A stretch of 64,000 bases of DNA from an uncultured Candidatus Saccharibacteria bacterium (GCA_964416765.1 CAYQEU010000001.1:617208-681207), one strand, 5' to 3'. Counted from the stretch's first letter, positions 1-9,269 are shown. Notes: generated by a model not told the origin, from the letters alone. Made by a program: numbers and translations.

Positions 1-2905
1 CGTGCCAATAGTCGGAGCATCCGGCACGCTGTGTACAGTCGCGGTTCCATATACCAATACATCATCAAAAGTGCTGGCGGTGGTGGAATTTTCCATGAAG
101 ACCGGTTTGTTGGTAATAACCACCCCGGTATTCATAGTACAAAGCAAGGAATTATTCTTATAAACCTCAAACCCACCAGAAATTATTTTCATTTTGTAAG
201 TAGCGGCTCCTACATCAGCGGTACCGCAACTGGTCGAAGTGTAACTGCCATTTTGCCATACCAACGCAAGTATCTGTGAACCGGAAGCGGTTATATATAG
301 AAGATATGCGGTATTAGATGAGTCGCCAAATAGATAATCGCCATATCCCAGCAGAGGCGAAGAACCGGCGGTCATGGTTGCGGAAAATTCCAAGTTAGTG
401 GCGACAAAGCTGTCCTGTGATACTAAGGCGTTGGCTCCCCACACCCCGCCCACGTAACTGTTGGCAATGGTTAAGGATCCATTTTGCTGGATGCTTCCTG
501 AAGTTCCGCCCGCACCACCCGGATCAATCTCATTCCACTTTGAAGTATTAATAGTAGTTCCGGTAAAATCGTCTACCAATACATTCCCTATCGTGGCCGG
601 GGTAACTGAGTTAGAGGCGGAAGAAGGGCTGGATGTCCCGATTGCGTTGGTAGCGGTAACCGTGAAAGTATAGCTCTGGCCGTTAGTCAGGCCAGTAACG
701 GTAATTGGTGAGGAAGAACCGGTGCCCGTAAAGCCGCCCGGAGAAGATGTAACCGTGTAGGAAGTAATAGGGCTGCCTCCGCTGGCTGGCGCACTAAAGG
801 AAACTGTGGCCTGCGCATTGCCCGCGTTCGCGCTTACTCCTGTGGGAGCGCTAGGCGCGGTTGGTGCATGAGGAGTCGCGGTAGCCGTGCTGCTTGCCGT
901 ACCCGCACCAACACCATTAATGGCACTAACCCGGAAATCATAGCTAGTATTATTTGTAAGCCCTGTAACAGTCGCCGAAGTAGATGTGGAAGTGCCGTCA
1001 TTAAAAGTTGTCCAGGAAGAATCACTGTGGAGTTTGTATTCCACTTGATAGTCCGTTATGGACGAACCACCGTTGCTGCCGGGGGCTGACCAAGTCAAAG
1101 CGACTTGGGTATTGCCCGGATCGGCTGACAAACCAGTTGGTGCTCCTGGGGCAGAAGGGCCCGCCACAGTTATATTCCATTTTGTGGAAAGGTAGGCTTC
1201 AAGAGAAGTCCTTTGGTCAACCGTCAGGGTTGAGCTATACGCGATGACTTCCGCGATATCACCATTCCAATAACGACTGCCGCCGTTAATGAAACCAATC
1301 GAGCTGGTGGTGTTGGTGTTGGAAGCCGGGAGCTGGAACACTCCAATCCAATACTCGTTCAAAGGTGAAAAGTCGTGGCCACCCGACCCAGAAATCGAGG
1401 TGCCGTCACGGTACGCGCTAGTATAGCTTGAAGTGGCGCTGGCAATTTTTTCGGTACCAGCCACTCCATTAACTATGTGCCCGTTATTTGGTGATGACCC
1501 GGTTGGGTCTCCGACAATACCGTTATAGTCAGCGAAAGTGGTGCCGTTGTATTTGGCCACTACCACCACGGTACGGTAAGTAACTGAATTGGAAATGGTG
1601 AGGTAGTTACTGGTACCGTTAAAACGCATGACGCTTCGGCCATTCTGAGCGTTGCTAATTAAAGCAGGGGTAAAACCGCCGCTAGCGGTTGCGTTATGGT
1701 TGCCGCCACTTTTGTCATTTATTTGGGTGATGTTACCAGAACTCGTAGTTATAGAATTGGTATCGGAGCCATCCAGCCACAAAGAAAGGTTGGCAATGCT
1801 CGTCGGGACTTCGGTACTCGGAGTAACCGAATTGGAAGCGGAAGAAGCGCTGGAGGTGCCAACGGCATTGGTGGCGGTTACGGTAAAAGTGTATGCAGTA
1901 CCATTGGATAGCCCGGACACGGTGATCGGGGACGAAGACCCCGACCCGGTAAAACCGCCCGGGGAAGAAGTCACCGTGAAGGATGTAATGGCGGATCCCC
2001 CGTTTGAACCCGGGGTAAAGCTCACCGAAACCTGTCCGTTGCCGGCGGTTGCCGTCCCTATGGTTGGCGCCGCGGGAACAGTGGGAGGGCTCGGTGTCGC
2101 GGTGGCGGTGGAACTTGGGCTGCTAGTACCAATGGCGTTTGTCGCGCTAACCCGAAAATCATAGCTACTATTATTAGTGAGTCCAGTAACCGTAGCGGAA
2201 GTAGATGTAGAAGTCCCATCGTTAAAAGTGTTCCAAGAGCCGGAAGATGTCAGTTTATATTCAACTAGATAATCCGTAATGGCGGATCCGCCATTGTTGA
2301 CAGGTGCAGTCCAAGATAGTCCCACTTGAGTATCCCCGGCTGTTGCGGTCAGGCTAGTCGGAGCATCGGGCGCTGTATTATTTGAAACGCCGGTTACCAG
2401 CACATCATCATAAGTACTGGCGGCAGCCGAGCTTTCAAGATAAATAGGTTTATTGTTTATAACGGTGGATGTTGAAAGAGTCCCCTTCAATGTGCCGTTC
2501 GCATAAACCTCAAAGCCACCCGACACTAAACGCAATTCATAAGTGGCACCGGAAATATTAGAGCCGCAGCTGGTGTTGTTCGCAAGCGAACCATTGTCCC
2601 ATACGAGCATCAAACAGCCGCCGCTGGACAAATCAATAATGTAGGATTTCGTTCCTGCGGATTGGAAATTATAATCACCATAGCCCAACAGCTGGTCAGA
2701 CCCCCGAGTCATTACCGCTGAAATACTCAGGTTAGTATTGGAAAAACTATTCTGGGAAATCAATCCATTCTGCGCCCAGTTACCGCTGAAACTATTGGCA
2801 ATACTTAAGGAGCCGTTCTGCTGAATGTTACCTGAAGTACCTCCCGCCCCAGCCGGGTCAATTTCGTTCCACTTGGCTGTATCAATAGTAGTGCCCGTGA
2901 AATCG
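1..2905. repeat. Intragenic tandem duplication of a ~2.3-kb module (LamG-like / 2x FN3 / LamG-like / 2x FN3) inside the surface-protein gene
   Basis: DDFTGTTI(D/N)T(A/S)KWNEIDP(A/G)GAGGTSG(N/S)IQQNGSL is encoded at ~2830-2905 and again at ~497-570 on the minus strand, with ~75% nucleotide identity. FN3 pairs between them are likewise duplicated. Confidence 0.65.
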
Positions 2906-3012
2906 TCTGACAGCAAGGTCGCCGCTCCAGCCTTAGGATTATTAAAAGAAAAAGAACTCAGGACTAAAGCCAAAGTTATCAGCAAATATAGCTGCTTTCT
3001 ATATTTCACCAT
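1..3012 (-). CDS. Large secreted cell-surface protein, partial (3' end runs off the left edge). It has a signal peptide, LamG/ConA-like jelly-roll domains and repeated fibronectin type III domains.
   Basis: Reverse-complement translation from the ATG at 3012-3010, with an in-frame stop just upstream, reads open to position 1. N-terminus MVKYRKQLYLLITLALVLSSFSFNNPKAGA is a signal peptide. FN3-like units recur (e.g. APDAPTSLTATAGDTQVGLSWTAPVNNGGSAITDY..YDFRVSA). LamG-like segments (LWLDGSD...NGTSNYLTISN; DDFTGTTIDTAKWNEIDP) follow. Absent from the ORF track because no stop codon falls inside the window. Confidence 0.75.
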   Translation of the reverse strand, partial: MVKYRKQLYLLITLALVLSSFSFNNPKAGAATLLSDDFTGTTIDTAKWNEIDPAGAGGTSGNIQQNGSLSIANSFSGNWAQNGLISQNSFSNTNLSISAVMTRGSDQLLGYGDYNFQSAGTKSYIIDLSSGGCLMLVWDNGSLANNTSCGSNISGATYELRLVSGGFEVYANGTLKGTLSTSTVINNKPIYLESSAAASTYDDVLVTGVSNNTAPDAPTSLTATAGDTQVGLSWTAPVNNGGSAITDYLVEYKLTSSGSWNTFNDGTSTSTSATVTGLTNNSSYDFRVSATNAIGTSSPSSTATATPSPPTVPAAPTIGTATAGNGQVSVSFTPGSNGGSAITSFTVTSSPGGFTGSGSSSPITVSGLSNGTAYTFTVTATNAVGTSSASSASNSVTPSTEVPTSIANLSLWLDGSDTNSITTSSGNITQINDKSGGNHNATASGGFTPALISNAQNGRSVMRFNGTSNYLTISNSVTYRTVVVVAKYNGTTFADYNGIVGDPTGSSPNNGHIVNGVAGTEKIASATSSYTSAYRDGTSISGSGGHDFSPLNEYWIGVFQLPASNTNTTSSIGFINGGSRYWNGDIAEVIAYSSTLTVDQRTSLEAYLSTKWNITVAGPSAPGAPTGLSADPGNTQVALTWSAPGSNGGSSITDYQVEYKLHSDSSWTTFNDGTSTSTSATVTGLTNNTSYDFRVSAINGVGAGTASSTATATPHAPTAPSAPTGVSANAGNAQATVSFSAPASGGSPITSYTVTSSPGGFTGTGSSSPITVTGLTNGQSYTFTVTATNAIGTSSPSSASNSVTPATIGNVLVDDFTGTTINTSKWNEIDPGGAGGTSGSIQQNGSLTIANSYVGGVWGANALVSQDSFVATNLEFSATMTAGSSPLLGYGDYLFGDSSNTAYLLYITASGSQILALVWQNGSYTSTSCGTADVGAATYKMKIISGGFEVYKNNSLLCTMNTGVVITNKPVFMENSTTASTFDDVLVYGTATVHSVPDAPTIGT

Positions 3013-3146
3013 TTGTTATTTAAACTTAGTTTTGTTTTGGTTTCCAGAGGAAAAATCTACTATAAGTATAACATATATTCGCAAATTATGCAAGGTTATA
3101 GGGGAAATTTTAAAATAAGGCTATACTAAGGGAAGAAAGGGTTTGT

Positions 3147-4130
3147 ATGGCCCGCGAAGATGAATTGCTAATCAAGGCGATTGCCGAAAAAAACAGTCTT
3201 GGCGAGATAGCGTCGCTGAAACAGTTTAGTAATGGACGGGGAAATTTGGTTTACGAGCTGAACGGAAACTTTGTGGTCAAAATCCGTGGCAAGAAATATC
3301 CCGAACTTAACATGTTTGGGTCACAGCCTGAACTGCTACAGATCATGAAAGCCGCCGGCATGAAAGTCCCCGACCTCTATGAACATGCTACCCTGGATGA
3401 CCACGAATACATGCTGCTAAGAAAGATACCCGGCCACGACCTGTCGGTGGACTGGTGGGCGCTTGAAGAAACGACCAAGGAACGATTAATTGCCGAGATA
3501 GCAGAACAGTTAAAAATTATGCATTCTCTCTGCAGCCCCGAATACCGCTTGCCCATAGTAAGCAGTCACGGCCAACAAAACCTAAGAGAGGCAACCAAAC
3601 AAGCTGTAGATTTTGACTCGATCGATGTTACGAAACTGCCCGCGCAGTATCAAGGCACGATCGAGTTTTTGAAACAATACTTCGAGGAGCACTCTAAGTA
3701 CCTGGACGAAACCGACACCGCCGTTTTCGTGCACAATGACCTGAACCTGGAAAATATTATTTGGAACGGCGAACGAATTGTAGGACTCATTGATTTTGAT
3801 TGGCTTTGCTACAGCGCCAAGGATTCGGAGCTCAAACGCATCGTCCATTATACCTATACCGCCAAGGACTGGGTGGATAAAAGTGTTGCCCGGGATGACA
3901 TCCCCTACCTGGCTAACCAGGGGGTCAAATGGCTGAAGAAGCACTACCCGGAATTGTTCGCGGCTGATTACCTCTCGGAACGGGTTCGCTGTTACTTAAT
4001 GCAAAAAATCCTGCGCCCGCCCAAGCGCTACCTCGATGGTCAATATGACGAACAGCGGCTGGAAGATTGGGCGCGCCAGGTTGATACGTATTACCGAACC
4101 AACTGGCTGGAAAACCTACTGGAAGACTAG
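3147..4130 (+). CDS. Phosphotransferase-family protein (aminoglycoside phosphotransferase / choline kinase-like fold)
   Basis: Catalytic-loop motif HNDLNLENIIW (HxDxxxxN) and metal-binding IDFDW, matching the APH/ChoK kinase fold. 327 aa. Confidence 0.7.
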   Translation: MAREDELLIKAIAEKNSLGEIASLKQFSNGRGNLVYELNGNFVVKIRGKKYPELNMFGSQPELLQIMKAAGMKVPDLYEHATLDDHEYMLLRKIPGHDLSVDWWALEETTKERLIAEIAEQLKIMHSLCSPEYRLPIVSSHGQQNLREATKQAVDFDSIDVTKLPAQYQGTIEFLKQYFEEHSKYLDETDTAVFVHNDLNLENIIWNGERIVGLIDFDWLCYSAKDSELKRIVHYTYTAKDWVDKSVARDDIPYLANQGVKWLKKHYPELFAADYLSERVRCYLMQKILRPPKRYLDGQYDEQRLEDWARQVDTYYRTNWLENLLED

Positions 4131-4155
4131 CGCTTACCCGCGCCGTTACTTGACA

Positions 4156-4803
4156 TTACTGGGCCGACCTCTCAAACGACTGCACAATCTGCTCCGCGAT
4201 ATTGGTGTCGGTTAAGTCATCAGTTTGGGCTGTGTATGTAAACACGAACATATTTCCGTCCACTTTTATAAAAGTATTGACGACCGTGGTCCCTACTTCG
4301 CCAGTCGCAGTCAAACGAACCGCGGATAACCCGTTTATAGTAGTGGTTTCTTCTGAGCCGTTAACAAAATGGTTTTGCAGGATAAACTGGCCATAACTTA
4401 TGCTGGGGTCGACTTTCCAAACAACTAAGTGCAGGTTAAATATATCCCCTGGTGTATTATTGGCGCTAAAACCGGCGGGTTTGTCGTAATTAGAAAATAT
4501 GACATCTCCGCCCATGAATGTTTGGTCCTGCTCCAGGCCCCGCTGGATAAAGTCAGATTCGCCTAAAGTTGTGTCGGTAAACCAATAAGCAGGATAGCGC
4601 ACGGCGTACCCGTATCGCTTGTTGGTGTACGTTCGCCAGCTGGCAGTAGAATCAACATTGGTCTGTGGGGACGCGGTTGCGGTAGTCCCAGCCACACTAT
4701 TATTTCCCGAGGATGACGGTTTGCCGGTCAGCGAATAGATAACAACAATCAACAAGATCCCCAGCGCGACAGCAGCAGTAATGAACAGTTTACTGACTCT
4801 CAT
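4156..4803 (-). CDS. Hypothetical membrane-anchored protein (N-terminal TM, extracytoplasmic domain)
   Basis: The track ORF 4156..4968 is trimmed to the internal start MRVSKLFITAAVALGILLIVVIY (ATG at 4803), which abuts the stop of the upstream gene at 4805. Single N-terminal TM helix. Confidence 0.5.
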   Translation of the reverse strand: MRVSKLFITAAVALGILLIVVIYSLTGKPSSSGNNSVAGTTATASPQTNVDSTASWRTYTNKRYGYAVRYPAYWFTDTTLGESDFIQRGLEQDQTFMGGDVIFSNYDKPAGFSANNTPGDIFNLHLVVWKVDPSISYGQFILQNHFVNGSEETTTINGLSAVRLTATGEVGTTVVNTFIKVDGNMFVFTYTAQTDDLTDTNIAEQIVQSFERSAQ

Positions 4804-4804
4804 G

Positions 4805-5107
4805 CTATTTGCCTCTCCGGGCGTTGCGCTTGCGGGTAGCGGCAGCCTTTTTGCCAGCTTCGACACGCTTGGCGTGGCTCTGGCTAGAGCCGCCTTTGCG
4901 GCCGCCTTTTCTAGCCGGCTCCTTATTTTCCGTCTTACCGCGCCCGGAACCAGACTTTTTTCCACCACCGCTCATTTTATTCACGGTTGCCCAGGCGCGC
5001 TTTTCCGCTTCCTTTTTTCCCACTCCGCGTTTTTCATAACCTTCTTCAATATGCTCGGCTTGGCGGTCCTGTTTTGACGTGTACTTTTCTTTGCTTCCTC
5101 GTGGCAT
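4805..5107 (-). CDS. Small basic ChaB-like / 'plasmid stabilization protein'-like protein with Lys/Gly-rich tail
   Basis: MPRGSKEKYTSKQDRQAEHIEEGYEKRGVGKKEAEKRAWATVNK resembles the ChaB-family core (xAQxIxxxxY....EExAxRxAWAxVxK). C-terminal K/G/R-rich low-complexity tail. Confidence 0.45.
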   Translation of the reverse strand: MPRGSKEKYTSKQDRQAEHIEEGYEKRGVGKKEAEKRAWATVNKMSGGGKKSGSGRGKTENKEPARKGGRKGGSSQSHAKRVEAGKKAAATRKRNARRGK

Positions 5108-5340
5108 AAAACTCCCTAAATTATTTGGTCTTATGTAAGTCCTATCGCCACGTCTGGGGAAATGTTACAACTATATTTTGCCTTAACGATTTTGAATATT
5201 GAGCCGTTATAAGATCCCGCTTCTCATAATTCTATCCTAACTAAGCCAGAATTATTATGTAACCAAACTTGGGAAAAACCGATTAAATAAGTAACAGGCC
5301 GGGTGCCTTTATAAGCGAAATAAAAATTAAACAAAGAACT

Positions 5341-5901
5341 ATGCAAGCAGAGACAACCACACTAGACAAGGCCAAACTTCGTGCAAGTTTTGGTTTTCTT
5401 TATCGCACTTACTCAAATAAGCTCTATAACTACTTTTTGTATCGTGTCGGTTACCGCGAAGCAGTAGCTGAGGACCTTGTTCAGGAAACTTTTATTCGGG
5501 CTTATGAAAAATTTTCCGACTACGAAGATCGCGGGTTTTCTTACCTAACCTACCTCATGAAAATTGCCCACAACCTCTTGGTAAACTATTACCGAGCCAA
5601 GCAACCGGTCCCATTAGAAACGGTAGCCCAGGAAATCCCAATTCAGGTATTCAACGAGGTAGAAAAGGAAATAGAAGCCGAAGAAGTCTGGAAAGCGGTA
5701 GACAATCTTTCCCCTAATGAAGCCGACGTAATGTACATGAAGTACCAGCGGGAAATGTCCGTGCACGAAATTAGCGAAGCGATCGACAAGTCAGAAAACG
5801 CGGTTAAGCTGCTCCTGTCCCGTGCCCGCAAGAAACTGGCGCGCAGTTCTTTTCTACGCGAACTGAAACAGTTCCACAACACAAAAAGTTTCGGGGTTTA
5901 A
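5341..5901 (+). CDS. ECF-type RNA polymerase sigma factor (sigma-70 regions 2 and 4)
   Basis: Region 2 (YNYFLYRVGYREAVAEDLVQETFIRAYEKF) and region 4 HTH (MSVHEISEAIDKSENAVKLLLSRARKKL). Confidence 0.85.
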   Translation: MQAETTTLDKAKLRASFGFLYRTYSNKLYNYFLYRVGYREAVAEDLVQETFIRAYEKFSDYEDRGFSYLTYLMKIAHNLLVNYYRAKQPVPLETVAQEIPIQVFNEVEKEIEAEEVWKAVDNLSPNEADVMYMKYQREMSVHEISEAIDKSENAVKLLLSRARKKLARSSFLRELKQFHNTKSFGV

Positions 5902-6005
5902 GCCATAAAAAAACTGACACCTTTTGCCGCCCCTGAGTGTTAATACATACGGACATGGCTCACAAGCCTAATCCCCAAAATCATTAATCAACTTAGGAGG
6001 CAACT

Positions 6006-6056
6006 ATGTTCAACTACGAAGAGTTCCTCACTACGGATGTATATGACGATACTTAG
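6006..6056 (+). CDS. Candidate 16-aa sORF (MFNYEEFLTTDVYDDT) with a perfect Shine-Dalgarno site
   Basis: AGGAGG at 5995-6000, 5-nt spacer, ATG at 6006, stop TAG at 6054-6056. Lies between the ECF sigma gene and the intrinsic terminator at 6198-6238. Confidence 0.25.
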   Translation: MFNYEEFLTTDVYDDT

Positions 6057-6197
6057 TGAATGTCAGGTTTTGGAGGGTAAAAATTGAATACGCATATATC
6101 TTTGCTCGCTTGCCCAACTAGAAAGCGTTACCGTCCCACACACTCGGGACAATCCACTTTGGTGAATCGAAGGCACCAAAGAGGAATAGATACAACA

Positions 6198-6238
6198 AAC
6201 CGCCCATGAGACACATTCTCAAGAGGCGGTTTGTTTTT
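6198..6238 (+). terminator. Rho-independent terminator downstream of the ECF sigma gene and sORF
   Basis: Arms aaccgcc/ggcggtt plus inner tgaga/tctca, followed by tgtttttgg. Confidence 0.7.
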
Positions 6239-6249
6239 GGTTGAACTAC

Positions 6250-6579
6250 TTATCTATTGGAGTTGGTGGAGTTGGCCGGTGGTACGGCTTGTGTCGCGCC
6301 CGGGGCGGATTTCGCTGCGCCCTGCATCATGAGAGGGTAAGGCATTGGCTCAGGGGCATAATAGCCCCGTCCGTAACCGCCCATCATCATGCCATGGCGG
6401 CCATAGTCGGAACCAAATTCACCCTTGAACTCACCGATCTTCAAACCTATTAAGAACACTATAGCCAAAATGGCCAGCCCTAGGAGGAGCCGGATTGCCA
6501 TAAAACGACCATGACCATGGCCGTAACCACAGCACTGGTGCCATTTGTCGTTTTCATTATGTTCGTGGTTGTCTTCCAT
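6250..6579 (-). CDS. Small His/Gly- and Met-rich single-TM protein (possible metal-binding membrane protein)
   Basis: N-terminal HEHNENDKWHQCCGYGHGHG, one TM helix (AIRLLLGLAILAIVFLIGL), C-terminal HGMMMGGYGRGYY..MPYPLMMQG Met-rich motifs. Confidence 0.5.
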   Translation of the reverse strand: MEDNHEHNENDKWHQCCGYGHGHGRFMAIRLLLGLAILAIVFLIGLKIGEFKGEFGSDYGRHGMMMGGYGRGYYAPEPMPYPLMMQGAAKSAPGATQAVPPANSTNSNR

Positions 6580-6646
6580 ATGTTTGTTTAATTATTATGG
6601 ATCTTTACTTAATTGTAGCACTTTCTTCATGAAGCAATGATGAAGG

Positions 6647-7675
6647 CTAAACCGGCAGGATATCCATTTCCGGCTCGTATTTACCCAATTGGGCCAGGCT
6701 GTTCATATGGCAGCGGTGCAGAAAAACCTTTTGCGCGGCAGCAACTTTGCTGGCATCCCCTGCCCATGTGTGAAGCTCGGAATTTTGCAAAGCCCTCCCA
6801 TAGGAGTAAGTCAGATGCCATGGGTAATTTTTCCCCAAGCGCTGGATTAGGTTTAAACGCAGGGTCGCCTGCTCTTCACTCTGCCCACCGGACAGGAAGA
6901 CAATTCCACCCACCTCTGGCGGGACAACCGCCAACAATTCATTAGCGGTTGCTTCCGCAATCTCTTCGGAAGTGGATTGGATAGGATGCTGGAGACCAGC
7001 GCAAATCATGTTAGGCTTCAACAGAATTCCTTCTAGCAAAACGCCCTTTTCCTTGAGCTTCGCGAAAACGGTTTTATGAGCCTGCATAGTCACTTCCTCA
7101 CATCGGTCAATGCTATTATCTCCATCCATTAAGACTTCGGGTTCAACTATCGGCACGATCCCGACAGCCTGACACATTAAGGCATATTCGGCGAGACGCT
7201 CCGCATTTTCATCGAGGCACGCCTGGGTGGGAATGTCCTTGCCAATGGTAATAACAGCTCGCCACTTCGCGAAGCGGGCTCCCATCTCGTAATATTCCGC
7301 CAAACGCTTTGGCAGGCCTTCCAGCCCTTCAGTGACTTTTTCTTCTGGTGATTCCGGCATCGCGACCGGGCCTTCATCTACCTTAATTCCAGGGATAATG
7401 CCCTGCTCAGAAAGAAGCACGGGAAAGGGCTTGCCGGAATCTGCTTTCTGGCGAATTGTTTCATCGAACATGATGACCCCGCTAATGTACTGGTTTATCC
7501 CTTCGGTAGTAAACATGAGCTGGCGATAGAGCCTGTGGTTCTCATGGGTATCGTCTATACCCATGGCGGCAAATTTCTTGCCAATATTGCTGTAGCTTTC
7601 ATCGGCAGCCAAAATACCCTTGCCCGGCGCCACCAGGGCCTGGGCGATCTTCTTTAAGTCTTCTGCGTGGTCCAT
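6647..7675 (-). CDS. fba: Class I (Schiff-base) fructose-1,6-bisphosphate aldolase
   Basis: ILAADES signature near the N-terminus. Full-length class I aldolase pattern (LLKPNM..., IVFLSGGQS, YSYGRALQ). Confidence 0.9.
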   Translation of the reverse strand: MDHAEDLKKIAQALVAPGKGILAADESYSNIGKKFAAMGIDDTHENHRLYRQLMFTTEGINQYISGVIMFDETIRQKADSGKPFPVLLSEQGIIPGIKVDEGPVAMPESPEEKVTEGLEGLPKRLAEYYEMGARFAKWRAVITIGKDIPTQACLDENAERLAEYALMCQAVGIVPIVEPEVLMDGDNSIDRCEEVTMQAHKTVFAKLKEKGVLLEGILLKPNMICAGLQHPIQSTSEEIAEATANELLAVVPPEVGGIVFLSGGQSEEQATLRLNLIQRLGKNYPWHLTYSYGRALQNSELHTWAGDASKVAAAQKVFLHRCHMNSLAQLGKYEPEMDILPV

Positions 7676-7737
7676 TTGTTTCTGTTTCCTTTAGATAATG
7701 TTTTCTTAATCTTAGCATAAAAAACCCGGCTCAGGGC

Positions 7738-7765
7738 TTGACAAGATATAAGGATATGCTAATAT
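7738..7765 (+). promoter_or_regulatory. Sigma-70-type promoter for the ArsR-family gene. The predicted TSS coincides with the ATG, giving a leaderless mRNA.
   Basis: TTGACA (7738-7743), 16-nt spacer, TAATAT (7760-7765). ATG at 7772 lies 7 nt downstream of the -10. Confidence 0.5.
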
Positions 7766-7771
7766 ATTTAT

Positions 7772-8050
7772 ATGACAGACTTATGCGATGAAATTGAGAA
7801 ATTTGGCAAGGGCATTGGCAACGCGTCACGGTACCGCATTGTTGAAGCCCTTATCCCCGGCCGCAAAACCGTGGGCGAGCTCGTGAGGATAGTCAAACTT
7901 TCCCAGCCAGCAGTATCCCAGCATTTAAAGGTGCTAAAGGCCTGTAATTTGGTTGTTGACGAACGACGCGGGCAAGAAGTCTTTTACGCCGTTAATACTG
8001 AGCATACGCTGAGTCTACTCAAAAACTTAGTTAAAGATTTAAAGAAATAG
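7772..8050 (+). CDS. ArsR/SmtB-family metalloregulatory transcriptional repressor
   Basis: Winged HTH ELVRIVKLSQPAVSQHLKVLKACNLV. 92 aa. Confidence 0.85.
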   Translation: MTDLCDEIEKFGKGIGNASRYRIVEALIPGRKTVGELVRIVKLSQPAVSQHLKVLKACNLVVDERRGQEVFYAVNTEHTLSLLKNLVKDLKK

Positions 8051-8059
8051 GAGTAACCA

Positions 8060-8665
8060 ATGGAATACAATACCATACCTTCGGATGAAACCATCCGCAC
8101 TGTTGTTGCATCCCTGAAAGAAAACGGGATGGACGCCATAGTAGTTGAAAATGGCGCGGAAGCCAAAACGAAAGTTTTGGAAATGCTGCCGGAAGGCGCG
8201 GAAGTCATGAACATGACTTCCATCACCCTGACCACTACTGGTCTTGAGTCGGAAATACTGGAATCCGCAAAATTTAAGCCAGTTCGTTCAGTACTGAATG
8301 ATGAGAACGCGGAACCACGCTTAAAGCGGCAGTTGGGCGCCGGCCCTGACTACACAGTAGGGAGCGTTCACGCTCTGACCGAAAAAGGCCAGGCTGTAAT
8401 CGCATCCAATACCGGCAGTCAGCTCCCCGCTTACGCGTACGGAGCCGGGCAGGTTATTTGGGTGGTAGGAGCGCAAAAAATCGTGTCCGACCTGGATGGC
8501 GCAATGAAACGAATTTATGAACATGTCCTCCCTCTCGAATCGGAACGAGCCCATAAAGCTTATGGAGTGGAGGGAAGCAATGTTTCAAAATTGCTGATAG
8601 TGAACAAGGAGGTTAACCCGGAACGGATCAAAATAGTTATCGTAAAAGAAGTTCTAGGTTTCTAA
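8060..8665 (+). CDS. LUD-domain protein (LutC / YkgG-like, DUF162)
   Basis: Length and motifs (ASNTGSQ...VVGAQKIV) fit the LUD domain. AGGAG SD upstream. Confidence 0.55.
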   Translation: MEYNTIPSDETIRTVVASLKENGMDAIVVENGAEAKTKVLEMLPEGAEVMNMTSITLTTTGLESEILESAKFKPVRSVLNDENAEPRLKRQLGAGPDYTVGSVHALTEKGQAVIASNTGSQLPAYAYGAGQVIWVVGAQKIVSDLDGAMKRIYEHVLPLESERAHKAYGVEGSNVSKLLIVNKEVNPERIKIVIVKEVLGF

Positions 8666-8684
8666 TTTCCCTTAAAAAGACAAA

Positions 8685-8715
8685 AAGACGCTGGCTGTAG
8701 GGCTGGCGTCTTTTT
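8685..8715. terminator. Bidirectional hairpin terminator between convergent genes
   Basis: aagacgc/gcgtctt stem followed by ttttt. Confidence 0.5.
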
Positions 8716-8740
8716 GGTTAAAATTGTTTGGTTAGGCTCG

Positions 8741-9151
8741 CTAAGTGATGACACACATGGGAACATGCGTGATATCGAAGCCATTTTCGGCAAACAGCTC
8801 GTCTTTCATTAGCGTTGCCGCGTATTGATCCGAGCTACCGGCGAAAAAATTAGGCTGGAGCGCGGCGCACTTCTGTTTGACCTCGTTGGTCACGCAAAAC
8901 TTCAAGTGCAACCCCGGTCGGGTTTGGGCTTGAAGCAGACGGCAAACCTCCTCTATTCCCGCGATGAGCGTTTCCGCGCTATCCGAATGAAAAGGGAACT
9001 TGAAGAGGTCAACGATGACCGTATCGAAGTCCGTGTTCGCGCTAATGTCCTCCAGGATTGCTGGAAGCAAACCCTTGGTAAATTGGTCAATGACCAATAC
9101 GAGTGCCCCGTTTTCGGTACGGAGCAGACCGTAACCTGTTAATTTATGCAT
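8741..9151 (-). CDS. Hypothetical protein
   Basis: 136-aa ORF convergent with the LUD gene. No recognisable motif. Confidence 0.4.
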   Translation of the reverse strand: MHKLTGYGLLRTENGALVLVIDQFTKGLLPAILEDISANTDFDTVIVDLFKFPFHSDSAETLIAGIEEVCRLLQAQTRPGLHLKFCVTNEVKQKCAALQPNFFAGSSDQYAATLMKDELFAENGFDITHVPMCVIT

Positions 9152-9225
9152 ACTTCTCCTTCTAATTTTCTGTTTGTCTTCGTTTTAAACTTTTTCAACC
9201 CCTACTTAATAGAGGATTATAATCA

Positions 9226-9254
9226 AATTAAAACAGGCTGGCAAGGCCAGCCTG
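9226..9254 (-). terminator. Rho-independent terminator after mntH
   Basis: Perfect inverted repeat caggctggc-aag-gccagcctg preceded by an A-run on + strand, which is a T-run on the minus strand. Confidence 0.6.
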
Positions 9255-9269
9255 AGGACAGATTAGTAA

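Noticed and set aside
4804-4968. N-terminal extension of ORF 4156..4968
   Set aside because: It overlaps the ChaB-like gene 4805..5107. The internal start at 4803 gives a protein beginning at its TM helix and abutting the upstream stop.
7676-7737. Hairpin-like aaaaacccggctcagggcttg upstream of arsR as a terminator
   Set aside because: It is not self-complementary beyond ccgg. The region is the fba 5' upstream region, not a gene 3' end.
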